Source of the DNA: an uncultured Bacteroidales bacterium
Lineage (GTDB): Bacteria; Bacteroidota; Bacteroidia; Bacteroidales; UBA932
Length of the DNA: 64,000 bases
Assembly (NCBI GenBank): GCA_944323505.1
Contig: CALUST010000024.1
Location: 20,755 to 84,754 of the forward strand
Reading direction: 5' to 3'
In this document: one piece after another, positions 26,736 through 35,864 of the stretch
Layout: every line of letters begins with the position of its first letter
Position numbering within the stretch: the stretch's first letter is position 1
The notes under the pieces: generated by a model
Told to the model about the DNA's origin: nothing
Database searches by the model: none
The model's input: only the letters and a program-made list of their open reading frames with translations
Translations under genes and position numbers: made by a program

Positions 26736-28363
26736 TCAGCAGCATTTTTCCTGTGCCCGTCACGATATTCCATGGAAGCCTTGACGAAAGCCACGAAAAT
26801 CGGTTGCGGATGTTCAGGAGTACTCTTGAGTTCAGGATGGAACTGGACACCGATAAAGAACGGATGTGAAGGTATCTCGACAATCTCCACGAGACCGGTC
26901 TCCGGATTCTTTCCAGTGGCTTTCATGCCGGCAGCCTCCACCATCGGAAGATATTCATTGTTGAACTCGTACCTGTGGCGATGACGTTCGGAGATCTTCG
27001 CCGAACCGTAAATCCTGTATGCGAGGGAATCCTTGTCAAGGACGCAGTCGTATGCTCCGAGCCTCATTGTGCCGCCTTTGATGGTCGTGCTCTTCTGATC
27101 CTCCATGAGATCGATGACAGGTACAGGGGTAGCCGGATTCACTTCCGTCGACACGGCATCCTTGAGACCGAGCACGTCGCGGGCGAACTCCACCACAGCC
27201 ATCTGCATACCGAGACAGATGCCGAAGAAAGGCACATTATGCTCACGCGCATACCTCACCGCGATGACCTTGCCTTCAAGTCCGCGCTCACCGAATCCCG
27301 GAGCCACCAGGATACCGTCCATGCAGCCGAGTTTCTCCTCCACATTATCCTCGTTGAGGAACTCGCTGTGGATGCTGTGCACATTTACCTTGCATTCATT
27401 GGCTGCCCCGGCATGGACGAATGATTCAAGAATGGACTTATAGGCGTCCTGAAGTTCGACATATTTGCCGACAAGGGCTATATTCACTTCAGACTTAGGA
27501 TGGAAGAGCTTGTCAAGGAACTTGTTCCACTCCGTCAGATCCGGCTCCGGAAGATTCTTCATGCCGAAATGGTCAAGCACCAACTGGTCCAGTTTCTCGG
27601 CTTTCATATTCAGAGGCACGGAATAGATGGACTCGGCATCCATGGATTCTATCACATGGCCTGGCTTGACGTTGCAGAACAGAGCCACTTTCCTGCGGAT
27701 TTCCGGTGTCAGCCTGTGCTCAGTACGGCAGACGATTATATCCGGCTGGACACCATTCTGCTGAAGCATCTGCACAGAATGCTGTGTCGGCTTGGTCTTC
27801 AGTTCCTTGGCCGCACTCAGGTACGGCACCAGAGTCAGATGGATTGTCACGCAATCCTCCTCCGGAAGTTCCCACTGCAACTGGCGCACAGCCTCAATGA
27901 AAGGCTCGGACTCCATATCGCCCACTGTCCCTCCTATCTCGGTGATGATGACATCATACTTGCCGGTCTTGCCCAGAAGGAGCATCCTCCTCTTGATCTC
28001 GTCTGTGATGTGAGGGACAATCTGCACCGTCTTGCCCAGATACGCACCCTCTCGTTCACGGCTGATGACCGTGTGATAGATACGGCCAGTAGTGACATTG
28101 TTCGCTTTGGAGGTATGCACCCCGAGAAATCTCTCATAATGCCCAAGGTCCAGGTCAGTCTCGGCACCGTCGTCAGTGACATAGCATTCACCATGCTCAT
28201 AAGGGTTCAATGTACCCGGATCGATATTGATATAAGGGTCGAATTTCTGGATGGTGACGCGAAGACCTCTCGCCTGGAGAAGTTTTGCCAATGAGGCCGA
28301 GATGATGCCTTTTCCCAGTGAAGAAGCCACACCGCCTGAAACGAAGACATATTTTGTATTCAT
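26732..28363 (-). CDS. pyrG: CTP synthase
   Basis: KYVFVSGGVASSLGKG, KFDPYINIDPG, GICLGMQ, ERHRHRYE, QFHPE; start moved to 28363. Confidence 0.98.
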   Translation of the reverse strand: MNTKYVFVSGGVASSLGKGIISASLAKLLQARGLRVTIQKFDPYINIDPGTLNPYEHGECYVTDDGAETDLDLGHYERFLGVHTSKANNVTTGRIYHTVISREREGAYLGKTVQIVPHITDEIKRRMLLLGKTGKYDVIITEIGGTVGDMESEPFIEAVRQLQWELPEEDCVTIHLTLVPYLSAAKELKTKPTQHSVQMLQQNGVQPDIIVCRTEHRLTPEIRRKVALFCNVKPGHVIESMDAESIYSVPLNMKAEKLDQLVLDHFGMKNLPEPDLTEWNKFLDKLFHPKSEVNIALVGKYVELQDAYKSILESFVHAGAANECKVNVHSIHSEFLNEDNVEEKLGCMDGILVAPGFGERGLEGKVIAVRYAREHNVPFFGICLGMQMAVVEFARDVLGLKDAVSTEVNPATPVPVIDLMEDQKSTTIKGGTMRLGAYDCVLDKDSLAYRIYGSAKISERHRHRYEFNNEYLPMVEAAGMKATGKNPETGLVEIVEIPSHPFFIGVQFHPELKSTPEHPQPIFVAFVKASMEYRDGHRKNAAE

Positions 28364-28392
28364 AAAATAGGATTTATACGTTTTCAGGGTCA

Positions 28393-28440
28393 CAAAAGTA
28401 GTCAAAAAAACTAGGAAATCAAAACTGTTTAGTACCTTTG
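28393..28440. promoter_or_regulatory. Divergent -7 elements: TACTTTTG (minus, pyrG) and TACCTTTG (plus, steroid reductase operon)
   Basis: TAnnTTTG matches at 28400-28393 and 28433-28440. Confidence 0.6.
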
Positions 28441-28475
28441 CAGATTGTATGATATGACTGAATGAATTTTCATAT

Positions 28476-29255
28476 ATGGACACATATTATCTGCTGATGG
28501 GAGGTATGGCGGTTCTGGCCGTCATCGTATTCATAGCCTTGTTCTTTTTCAAGGCCGGCTACGGCTATCTCGGGAACGGGAATTGGGGACCCAAGATAAA
28601 CAACAGGCTCGGATGGATCATCATGGAATGCCCCGCATTCCTGTTCATGCTGCTGTACACTGTCAGGTACGCCCTTTCAGGCACCGGTACGGGCAACAGC
28701 AGCCTTGTACTCTACATCATGGCAGGACTTTTCCTGATACATTATTTCCAGCGTTCATTCGTGTTCCCGCTGCTCATCAGAGGCAAAGGAACAATGCCGA
28801 TTGCCATCATCGCCATGGGCTTCCTGTTCAACTCGATGAACTCATATTTCATTGGCGAATGGCTGTTCCGGTTTGCTCCTGCAGGGAAATACGGGCTGGA
28901 GTGGCTTGCATCCCCGCAATTCATCATCGGGACACTGCTGTTCCTGGCAGGGATGCTCATCAATCTTGATTCGGATTACGTGATCAGGCATCTACGCAAG
29001 CCTGGCGACACACGTCACTACATACCGCGACAGGGCCTGTACAAATATGTCACCTCGGCCAATTACTTCGGAGAACTGACAGAATGGGTGGGATATGCCA
29101 TCCTCACATGGTCCCCTGCAGGACTGCTTTTTGCCGTATGGACATTCGCCAACCTTGCCCCACGCGCCAAGGCGCTGACAGCAAGATATGAAGAGGAATT
29201 CGGAGACGAATACCGCGAACTCCACAAGAAACACCTGATACCGTTCATCTGGTAG
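28476..29255 (+). CDS. 3-oxo-5-alpha-steroid 4-dehydrogenase (steroid 5-alpha-reductase family)
   Basis: AGYG, GWIIMECPAF, HYFQRSFVFP, NLDSDYVIRHLR, YVTSANYFGELTEW; multi-TM. Confidence 0.9.
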   Translation: MDTYYLLMGGMAVLAVIVFIALFFFKAGYGYLGNGNWGPKINNRLGWIIMECPAFLFMLLYTVRYALSGTGTGNSSLVLYIMAGLFLIHYFQRSFVFPLLIRGKGTMPIAIIAMGFLFNSMNSYFIGEWLFRFAPAGKYGLEWLASPQFIIGTLLFLAGMLINLDSDYVIRHLRKPGDTRHYIPRQGLYKYVTSANYFGELTEWVGYAILTWSPAGLLFAVWTFANLAPRAKALTARYEEEFGDEYRELHKKHLIPFIW

Positions 29256-29318
29256 AGACTACAGACGATAAGATTCAAACCGGCCCGGACGTTTCCGGGG
29301 ATATAGACACAGAAAATA

Positions 29319-30578
29319 ATGAGTGAATTATTTACTCCTTATAAAATCGGCCCGCTCGAACTGAGGAACAGGACCATACGTTCAGCGGCGTTTGAAGGCA
29401 TGTGCGAGAACAACTCTCCTTCAAAGACGCTTTTTGATTATCATACGGCAGTCGCGAGAGGCGGCATAGGCATGACGACAATCGCATACGCGGCCGTATG
29501 CAGAAGCGGGCTGTCATTTGAAAGGCAGCTGTGGATGAGGGAGGAGATAGTACCTGAACTGAAAAGGCTGACCGACGCCATCCACGCCGAAGGTGCAAAA
29601 GCCTCCATACAGTTAGGACATTGTGGCAACATGTCCCACAAACGCATCTGCGGATGCACCCCTTTCGGGGCAAGCCGCGGATTCAACCTGTATTCCCCGA
29701 CTTTCGTCCACAAGATGAACCTCAAGGAGATAGACGATGTAGTGGAGGCATACGGCAATGCTGTCAGACTGGCAATCAAGGCCGGATTCGATGCCGTGGA
29801 AATCCATGCAGGACACGGCTATCTCATCTCGCAGTTCCTCTCCCCTTACACCAACCACAGGCAGGATGAGTACGGAGGCTCTCTTGACAACAGGATGAGG
29901 TTCATGAGAAGGTGCATGAAAGCGGTGACAGATGCAGGGAAAGGAAAGGTGGCGATATTCGTGAAGATGAACACCAGGGACGGGTTCAAGGGCGGTATGG
30001 AAATCGAAGAAAGCATTGAGGTCGCCAAGGAGCTGCAGAGATGCGGTGCAGACGCCCTTGTGCTCTCAGGCGGATTTGTCAGCCGCGCCCCAATGTATGT
30101 CATGAGAGGGCAGTTCCCCAAAAAGGCTATTGCTCATTATATGCCGATGAAGAGCCAATGGTGGCTTAAACTCGGCGTCATGATAGGCGGCAGGATAGTG
30201 TCGCCGACTGTACCGTTCAAGAGGCTGTACTTCCTTGAAGACGCGCTCAGATTCAGAAAAGCCCTGCCTGATATGCCTCTGGTGTATGTCGGAGGTGTCA
30301 CGACCCGCAAGGATGCAGACAAGGTCATCGACAGCGGATTCCAGATGCTGCAGATGGGACGGGCGGTCCTTGAGGACACTGACTTCGTCAACAAGATGAA
30401 GGCTGACGCGAACTGCTGCAGCGGATGCGAACACACCAATTTCTGCATAGGCAGGATGTATTCTCTGGAGATGGCCTGCCACAAGACATGCAAAGACATC
30501 ACGCCGGCACTGGAACGGGATGTGCAGAAGACCATCAGACAGAACGACAGGATGGAAAGACGCCTGGGCTACAAGTAG
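29319..30578 (+). CDS. NADH:flavin oxidoreductase (old yellow enzyme family), candidate steroid 5-beta-reductase
   Basis: RNRTIRSAAFEG, QLGHCG, EIHAGHGYLISQFLSP, DEYGGSLDNRMRF, C-terminal Cys cluster. Confidence 0.88.
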   Translation: MSELFTPYKIGPLELRNRTIRSAAFEGMCENNSPSKTLFDYHTAVARGGIGMTTIAYAAVCRSGLSFERQLWMREEIVPELKRLTDAIHAEGAKASIQLGHCGNMSHKRICGCTPFGASRGFNLYSPTFVHKMNLKEIDDVVEAYGNAVRLAIKAGFDAVEIHAGHGYLISQFLSPYTNHRQDEYGGSLDNRMRFMRRCMKAVTDAGKGKVAIFVKMNTRDGFKGGMEIEESIEVAKELQRCGADALVLSGGFVSRAPMYVMRGQFPKKAIAHYMPMKSQWWLKLGVMIGGRIVSPTVPFKRLYFLEDALRFRKALPDMPLVYVGGVTTRKDADKVIDSGFQMLQMGRAVLEDTDFVNKMKADANCCSGCEHTNFCIGRMYSLEMACHKTCKDITPALERDVQKTIRQNDRMERRLGYK

Positions 30579-30601
30579 CACGGGCAAAACGATACAAGAA
30601 T

Positions 30602-30918
30602 AAAAGGAGGGACGATCTGCCGCGCCGGCCATGGCCGGTGAGGAAAGTCCGGACAGGAAAGGGCACTTCACTGCGGAAAGCGCAGACGGGGGTAACTTCG
30701 TGGAACCTGTAACAGAAAACAACCGCATCTCCGGATGCAAGGGTGAAAACGTGAGGCAAGAGCTCACGACGGGCTGTGGCGACACACTCCGGGTACGGGA
30801 CTGAAGCCTGCAAGACCAAATATACTGACAGCCAAGGGCGGCCCGTCCGATGTCAGGGGGTAGGTTGCGAAGATAAATGGCAGAACAAAACAGAAACCGG
30901 CTTACGGTTCCTCCTTTT
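30602..30918 (+). ncRNA. rnpB: RNase P RNA, bacterial type A, lacking P18
   Basis: GAGGAAAGUCC (CR-I) and ACAGAAACCGGCUUAC (CR-V); P1 aaaaggagggac/gttcctcctttt; P2, P3 and P15-P17 pair as expected. Confidence 0.95.
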
Positions 30919-30962
30919 TATAAATGAGGCGCGCTGAAAAGGTGGTATTTAAAGCACACTTT

Positions 30963-31907
30963 TCAGTCGCCTTTTTTTGCTTCAATCTTCTTTCTCAATT
31001 CATAGGAATCGTGCAGCGGATAGCCTGCGTCCGAGACATCAAGCCATTCTTCGGCAAGGCCGTATTGACCGATGACATAAAATGCCACTGCCAGATTGTA
31101 TGCCGCACAGGAGCGTCTTTCCAGATTGCCGGTGTCTGTCTTTCCGAGCCAGATGGCGATGGCGTCATCCCACCTGTAGTCATAGGCAGCCATAATCGCG
31201 TCCAGCCAGTCGGAAGAACCTGTATCATAGTACATAAACGACAGCGTCTCAGCATTCCATCTCGGGAGGAACTGCCCCCCGGCAGTCCTGCCGGCCTCCC
31301 TGCCGGGAGCCTCCAATGAAGACAGCATCTTAGCCTCCAGTTCCCTGTCGGTCTCATTCCCGTCCGTATATGCCACCGGCTCACCTGTGGCTGTGCCCGT
31401 AAATACAAGGACCCTGTCATCCTTGTTCATCGAATCGTATACATACAGCGCCAATGAATACATCATCGACCCCTTGACAAGATATGCCGAATCCCTTACT
31501 GCAGGCGACCCGACCTTCTGAGGTGCCGATAACGAGATGTCGGAGATATCCGGCGAATCGAACACGAACACTACGTCACTGCCGGTCTCCATCAAGATAT
31601 TGAGGACCGAATCCCTTGACGAATAGTCGCCACCGGGATTTTTCTCGACATTGTAGACCGGTATCCTCATCTCGCCGCCGAAATATTCGCTTTCAAGCCT
31701 TTGGGCAAAGCCGTCGGCGACCGATGCTATGAAGAGCGAATCCTCATGCTTCCCGTCATCAAGATATGCCACGGAAAATGTCTTGTTTCCCAATTCAAGC
31801 CCGGACTTGGACGGGTATCTCAATTCTACCCTCATCAGATAGGACATCGGCCCGCATGAGACGAGCATCATGAGCGACAGGAGGGAAAAGACTAACTTCG
31901 TTTTCAT
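30963..31907 (-). CDS. DUF6340-like lipoprotein with C-terminal TPR-like helices
   Basis: Lipobox LVS|C; W.DAI.IW and AAYNLAVAFYVIG..A.EWL TPR-like tail. Confidence 0.65.
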   Translation of the reverse strand: MKTKLVFSLLSLMMLVSCGPMSYLMRVELRYPSKSGLELGNKTFSVAYLDDGKHEDSLFIASVADGFAQRLESEYFGGEMRIPVYNVEKNPGGDYSSRDSVLNILMETGSDVVFVFDSPDISDISLSAPQKVGSPAVRDSAYLVKGSMMYSLALYVYDSMNKDDRVLVFTGTATGEPVAYTDGNETDRELEAKMLSSLEAPGREAGRTAGGQFLPRWNAETLSFMYYDTGSSDWLDAIMAAYDYRWDDAIAIWLGKTDTGNLERRSCAAYNLAVAFYVIGQYGLAEEWLDVSDAGYPLHDSYELRKKIEAKKGD

Positions 31908-31931
31908 GGCATCAGCAATTTAAATCAATCG

Positions 31932-33266
31932 TCAGCAGAGGGCTACTGGCTCAGCAATCAGGTCATATTCATCCGCCCCCGTGATATGGACGGTCATGAA
32001 CTCCCCGACCAATGAATAAGGGTCAATACCGCCCAGCGCAGAGGAATCATACTTTACAAGAATCTCGCCGTCCACGTCGGGGCTTTCGAATTCGCTTCTG
32101 CAGACAAACACTCCGTCGGAATAACTGTCTATGATCACCTTTGTCTCAGTATCTACCCTTGACTGGTTATAGGCAAGGGATATGAGACTCTGCCTCTCCA
32201 TCAGTTCGTCCCATCTTGCCTGTTTCACCTCATCAGGAATATCATCAGGGAAATGGTCTGCACCGTATGTCCCCTCCTCTTCCGAGTACTTGAAGGCGCC
32301 GAGGCGTTCAAAGCGGGCCTCCCCGATGAAATCCAGCAGTTCCCTGAACTCTTCTTCCCCTTCTCCCGGATGGCCTACAATCATAGTGGTCCTCAAAACG
32401 ACTCCTGGCACCTTTTCCCTCATAGTACTTATGAGATTCCTGGTCCAGGCCCCGTCCACATTCCTGCGCATATTGGCAAGCACCTTGTCAGAAATATGCT
32501 GCAAAGGTATGTCCATATACCTGCAGACCTTCGGATTGACCGCCATCTGTTCCAGCACGTCCTCAGGGAAATCATCCGGATAGGAATAATGTATCCTTAT
32601 CCACTCAATCCCTTCGACTTCCGACAATCTCCCGAGGAGTTCAGCCAATGCACGCCGCCTGTACAAGTCCAGTCCGTAATAAGTCGTATCCTGGGCTATC
32701 ACTATCAGTTCCCTGACCCCCTTTGCGGCGAGCATGCGGGCCTCTTCCACGAGTTCCTCCATCGGCACGGAACGGTGCCTGCCACGGATGGCCGGTATGG
32801 CGCAATAAGAGCATCGCCTGTCACATCCCTCCGAAATCTTCAAAAAAGCATAATGTGAAGGCGTCGTAAGATGCCTTGACGGACTGTATTCCGCAGAAGG
32901 TTCCGCTCCAAGAGCCTTTATGAGAGGGGCGAAATCCCTTGCACCGAACCAGGCGTCAACCTCCGGAATCAGCCCCGGAAGGTCATCGGCATACCTCTGC
33001 GAGAGACAGCCGAAGACTATCACCTGCCCGACACGGCCGTCCTTTTTCCTTTCGACAGCCTGGAGAATCGCATCAACGGACTCTTCCTTGGCATCCCCGA
33101 TGAAACCACAGGTGTTCAGAAGCAGGACATCCACATCGGCATCCTCCTCAGACTCAGGGACTATCTCATAAAGTCCTTCAATCCGGGACAATATATGCTC
33201 CGTGTCAACCCTGTTCTTCGAACACCCGAGAGTGATGGCCTGCAGACGTCTGAGAGTATCCATCAT
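31932..33266 (-). CDS. rimO: Ribosomal protein S12 methylthiotransferase
   Basis: TLGCSKNRVD, LNTCGFI, radical-SAM CDRRCSYC, C-terminal TRAM-like FESPDVDG. Confidence 0.95.
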   Translation of the reverse strand: MMDTLRRLQAITLGCSKNRVDTEHILSRIEGLYEIVPESEEDADVDVLLLNTCGFIGDAKEESVDAILQAVERKKDGRVGQVIVFGCLSQRYADDLPGLIPEVDAWFGARDFAPLIKALGAEPSAEYSPSRHLTTPSHYAFLKISEGCDRRCSYCAIPAIRGRHRSVPMEELVEEARMLAAKGVRELIVIAQDTTYYGLDLYRRRALAELLGRLSEVEGIEWIRIHYSYPDDFPEDVLEQMAVNPKVCRYMDIPLQHISDKVLANMRRNVDGAWTRNLISTMREKVPGVVLRTTMIVGHPGEGEEEFRELLDFIGEARFERLGAFKYSEEEGTYGADHFPDDIPDEVKQARWDELMERQSLISLAYNQSRVDTETKVIIDSYSDGVFVCRSEFESPDVDGEILVKYDSSALGGIDPYSLVGEFMTVHITGADEYDLIAEPVALC

Positions 33267-33697
33267 CAGTTCCCGGACGCGGCATTCTCCTCAGCAGCCT
33301 CAGGCTCCTCGAAATCAAGGGAAGCATAATGCTTGAGGGCATTGTACCACTCTACGACTTTCTTCATGTGAGAAACGTAGAACCTGTCCCTGTCATAGTC
33401 AGGAAGAGCCTTGGCAAAGAAAGCCTTGAGTTCCTCGGGCGTTGACTTGGATGTCGGTGCATCATCATCGCCGAGCACTTCCTTCATCTTCGTGAATACC
33501 TCCTTGAGCTTCACCTCGCCTTCATCAGTATAAATGGAAATGTCCGCCAGAGTGGACATCTTGCTGTTCATGCCGAAACAAGTCCTCTTCTTGTCTGCAA
33601 GAGACTCGACAATCGCACCGGTCCTTGACTGGGACAGATAGAGGAAAAGGCCGCTATGGCCTGAAATCGAAAGAATCTTTGAAAGATCTGTCTTCAT
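33266..33697 (-). CDS. DUF5606 family protein
   Basis: LSKILSISGHSGLF...LADISIYT...DRFYVSHMKKVVEWYN, a conserved Bacteroidetes protein. Confidence 0.8.
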   Translation of the reverse strand: MKTDLSKILSISGHSGLFLYLSQSRTGAIVESLADKKRTCFGMNSKMSTLADISIYTDEGEVKLKEVFTKMKEVLGDDDAPTSKSTPEELKAFFAKALPDYDRDRFYVSHMKKVVEWYNALKHYASLDFEEPEAAEENAASGN

Positions 33698-33749
33698 TGT
33701 TCAGATAAATTAATGATGTTATTGCTAAATCCTGTTTTCACAATTATAA

Positions 33750-34367
33750 TCACGCCCATATCCTCGGGCACAATTCGAGCACTTTCCGCCGCAATGCCGC
33801 TTCGTCGGCATCGTTCATCAATATATAGTCGGCCTCTCCCGGCGCAGGAGACCGCTGGCTGGAGATTCTGTCCAATATCCTGTCCTCAGGCACGCCATCC
33901 CTCAATGCGGCACGGCTTACCCTCGACCCCAGAGGCGCATCCACCAGAAGTATCTTGTCAGCCACACTCCTGAACAGAGGTTTCTCAAGTATTATGGCAG
34001 ACTCAAATATCACAAACGGCACATTCCCTGCCGCAGGATTCCATCCGGACAGCCCTGCCTCACAGGCATTTTTCCATGCCCTGAAATCGTCAAGCACTCT
34101 GGGATGTACGACAGATTCAAGCATCTCCAGTCTCTGCCTGTCATTGAATACAAGCGAAGCCAGCAGTCTCCTGTCAAGATGCCCTCTATCATCAGTCACA
34201 CTGCATCCGAGAGCCTTCCCTACAGCATCCACAAGGGCTGCGTCACTGTCGTACAAAGACTTTGTCCTGCTGTCCGAATCATAGACAGGGACTCCGAGCG
34301 ATGCAAAGACGGCACATACCGTTGATTTGCCGCTACCGATACCTCCTGTGACCACAAGCGTCTTCAT
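33750..34367 (-). CDS. coaE: Dephospho-CoA kinase
   Basis: VTGGIGSGKSTV P-loop, VYDSD, LESVVHPRV, FESAII. Confidence 0.93.
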   Translation of the reverse strand: MKTLVVTGGIGSGKSTVCAVFASLGVPVYDSDSRTKSLYDSDAALVDAVGKALGCSVTDDRGHLDRRLLASLVFNDRQRLEMLESVVHPRVLDDFRAWKNACEAGLSGWNPAAGNVPFVIFESAIILEKPLFRSVADKILLVDAPLGSRVSRAALRDGVPEDRILDRISSQRSPAPGEADYILMNDADEAALRRKVLELCPRIWA

Positions 34368-34378
34368 CCTTCCGCTGT

Positions 34379-35362
34379 TCACTTCTCATTCACCACGCAG
34401 TCGAAGACAAGAGGCTTCACCTCATACCCTATTATCTCAGGAGGGAGAGGGTCAGTACGGACAGTGCATTTCCCGCTGAGCGAGTTCATGAAATCCTCAT
34501 AGTCGATATAGAACCTGACAGAGCCCGTAATATTTGAATTCATCGGGAAAATGCACCTGAATGTCACTTCCGCTGTCGATGGGTATATACGCAGTTCCTT
34601 GTCCGCCGGGACGTTCCTGGCCTGGATTGACACCACAGACGTCACCTCCACAAATCTTGCGACATTCTGGGAATAGCGGACAGTCTCGGTGGACATCCTG
34701 ATGCCCTTGACCTGCTCCAGACGCGCATCCCCGTGGATATCTGTCGAGATATTGTCCAGTTTGATGGCCTCGGTCATCACCATGTCGATATTGTCCAGAT
34801 GCGACGGCTCACCATACAGCACCACTGAATCCGGAGAAATGGTCAGAGGACCGTCTCCGATATACTGCGAGTCATATCTGAGGATGTGTACCGGATACAC
34901 AGGCACTTTCTTGTGGACTTCGTAAGGGAATCTGAAGAACACGGTGTCACTCAGGAAATATTCGATGGTGACATTCTCTCCGAATATCAGATGCGCATAC
35001 TCCTGGAGCCCGTCCGGAGTGAGGTAGAACGTCTCGTCCTTCTTGTGATGAAGCACCGACGGATCCACCTGCACCACTACCGGCTTCCCACCCTTGAAAT
35101 GCCTTTCGGCACGCAGGACATTGTATCCGCTCGTCTGGCACCGTGCGATGACATCACCGACATTGGAAGACACGTTGGAATGCCCTTCGAGCTCGCAGCG
35201 GAGCACCACGGGCACCTGGATGAATTCGGAATACCTCAGAGACAGGTTATGGATGAGCCATATACTAAAAGCCAACAGGAGAGAAAGCAGAAACACTGTC
35301 CAATCTCTCCCGTTGAAGTCCAGCAATCTTAATATTTTGCCTAATGCCTTTTTCATCTGCAC
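34379..35362 (-). CDS. YbbR/CdaR-like protein
   Basis: N-terminal TM (FLLSLLLAFSIWL) followed by YbbR-like beta repeats; yajC-ybbR-coaE synteny. Confidence 0.75.
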   Translation of the reverse strand: MQMKKALGKILRLLDFNGRDWTVFLLSLLLAFSIWLIHNLSLRYSEFIQVPVVLRCELEGHSNVSSNVGDVIARCQTSGYNVLRAERHFKGGKPVVVQVDPSVLHHKKDETFYLTPDGLQEYAHLIFGENVTIEYFLSDTVFFRFPYEVHKKVPVYPVHILRYDSQYIGDGPLTISPDSVVLYGEPSHLDNIDMVMTEAIKLDNISTDIHGDARLEQVKGIRMSTETVRYSQNVARFVEVTSVVSIQARNVPADKELRIYPSTAEVTFRCIFPMNSNITGSVRFYIDYEDFMNSLSGKCTVRTDPLPPEIIGYEVKPLVFDCVVNEK

Positions 35363-35386
35363 ATCCCAGTTTGGCGGGAAGCGGGA

Positions 35387-35713
35387 CTACTGCTGGTTGA
35401 CTGCAGAGAAGTCCTTCACTACAGAATTCTTGTCCACCTTGATCTTGACGTTGCTGTCGACTTCGATAAGCAATGTCTTGTCGTTGACTTCGGCAACAGT
35501 ACCGTAGATGCCTCCGATAGTGACTATCTTGTCTCCTTTCTTCAGACCCTCGCGGAATTTCTGGAGTTCCTTCTGCTGCTTTCTCTGCGGTCTGATCATG
35601 AACAGCCACATCACCACGAAAATCAGGATGAGCATCACCCACATTGACCATCCTCCGCCTGCCGGCTGTCCGGCAGCCTGTGCAGCATCCAATACAAATG
35701 TCATTAAATTCAT
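35387..35713 (-). CDS. yajC: Preprotein translocase subunit YajC
   Basis: WLFMIRPQRKQQK, LKKGDKIVTIGGIYG. Confidence 0.95.
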   Translation of the reverse strand: MNLMTFVLDAAQAAGQPAGGGWSMWVMLILIFVVMWLFMIRPQRKQQKELQKFREGLKKGDKIVTIGGIYGTVAEVNDKTLLIEVDSNVKIKVDKNSVVKDFSAVNQQ

Positions 35714-35864
35714 TTCATTTACAGTTTTCGCGCATCCTGCGCATTATTAAAACTCATTTCCCGACAGGGAATCTGATAAAATCTTTCAAATTTAATAAAA
35801 ATCTTTCAATTGTCCAGCAAATGGCGGGCATTTTACATGTATCCGACGCCATTCCGGACCGGCA

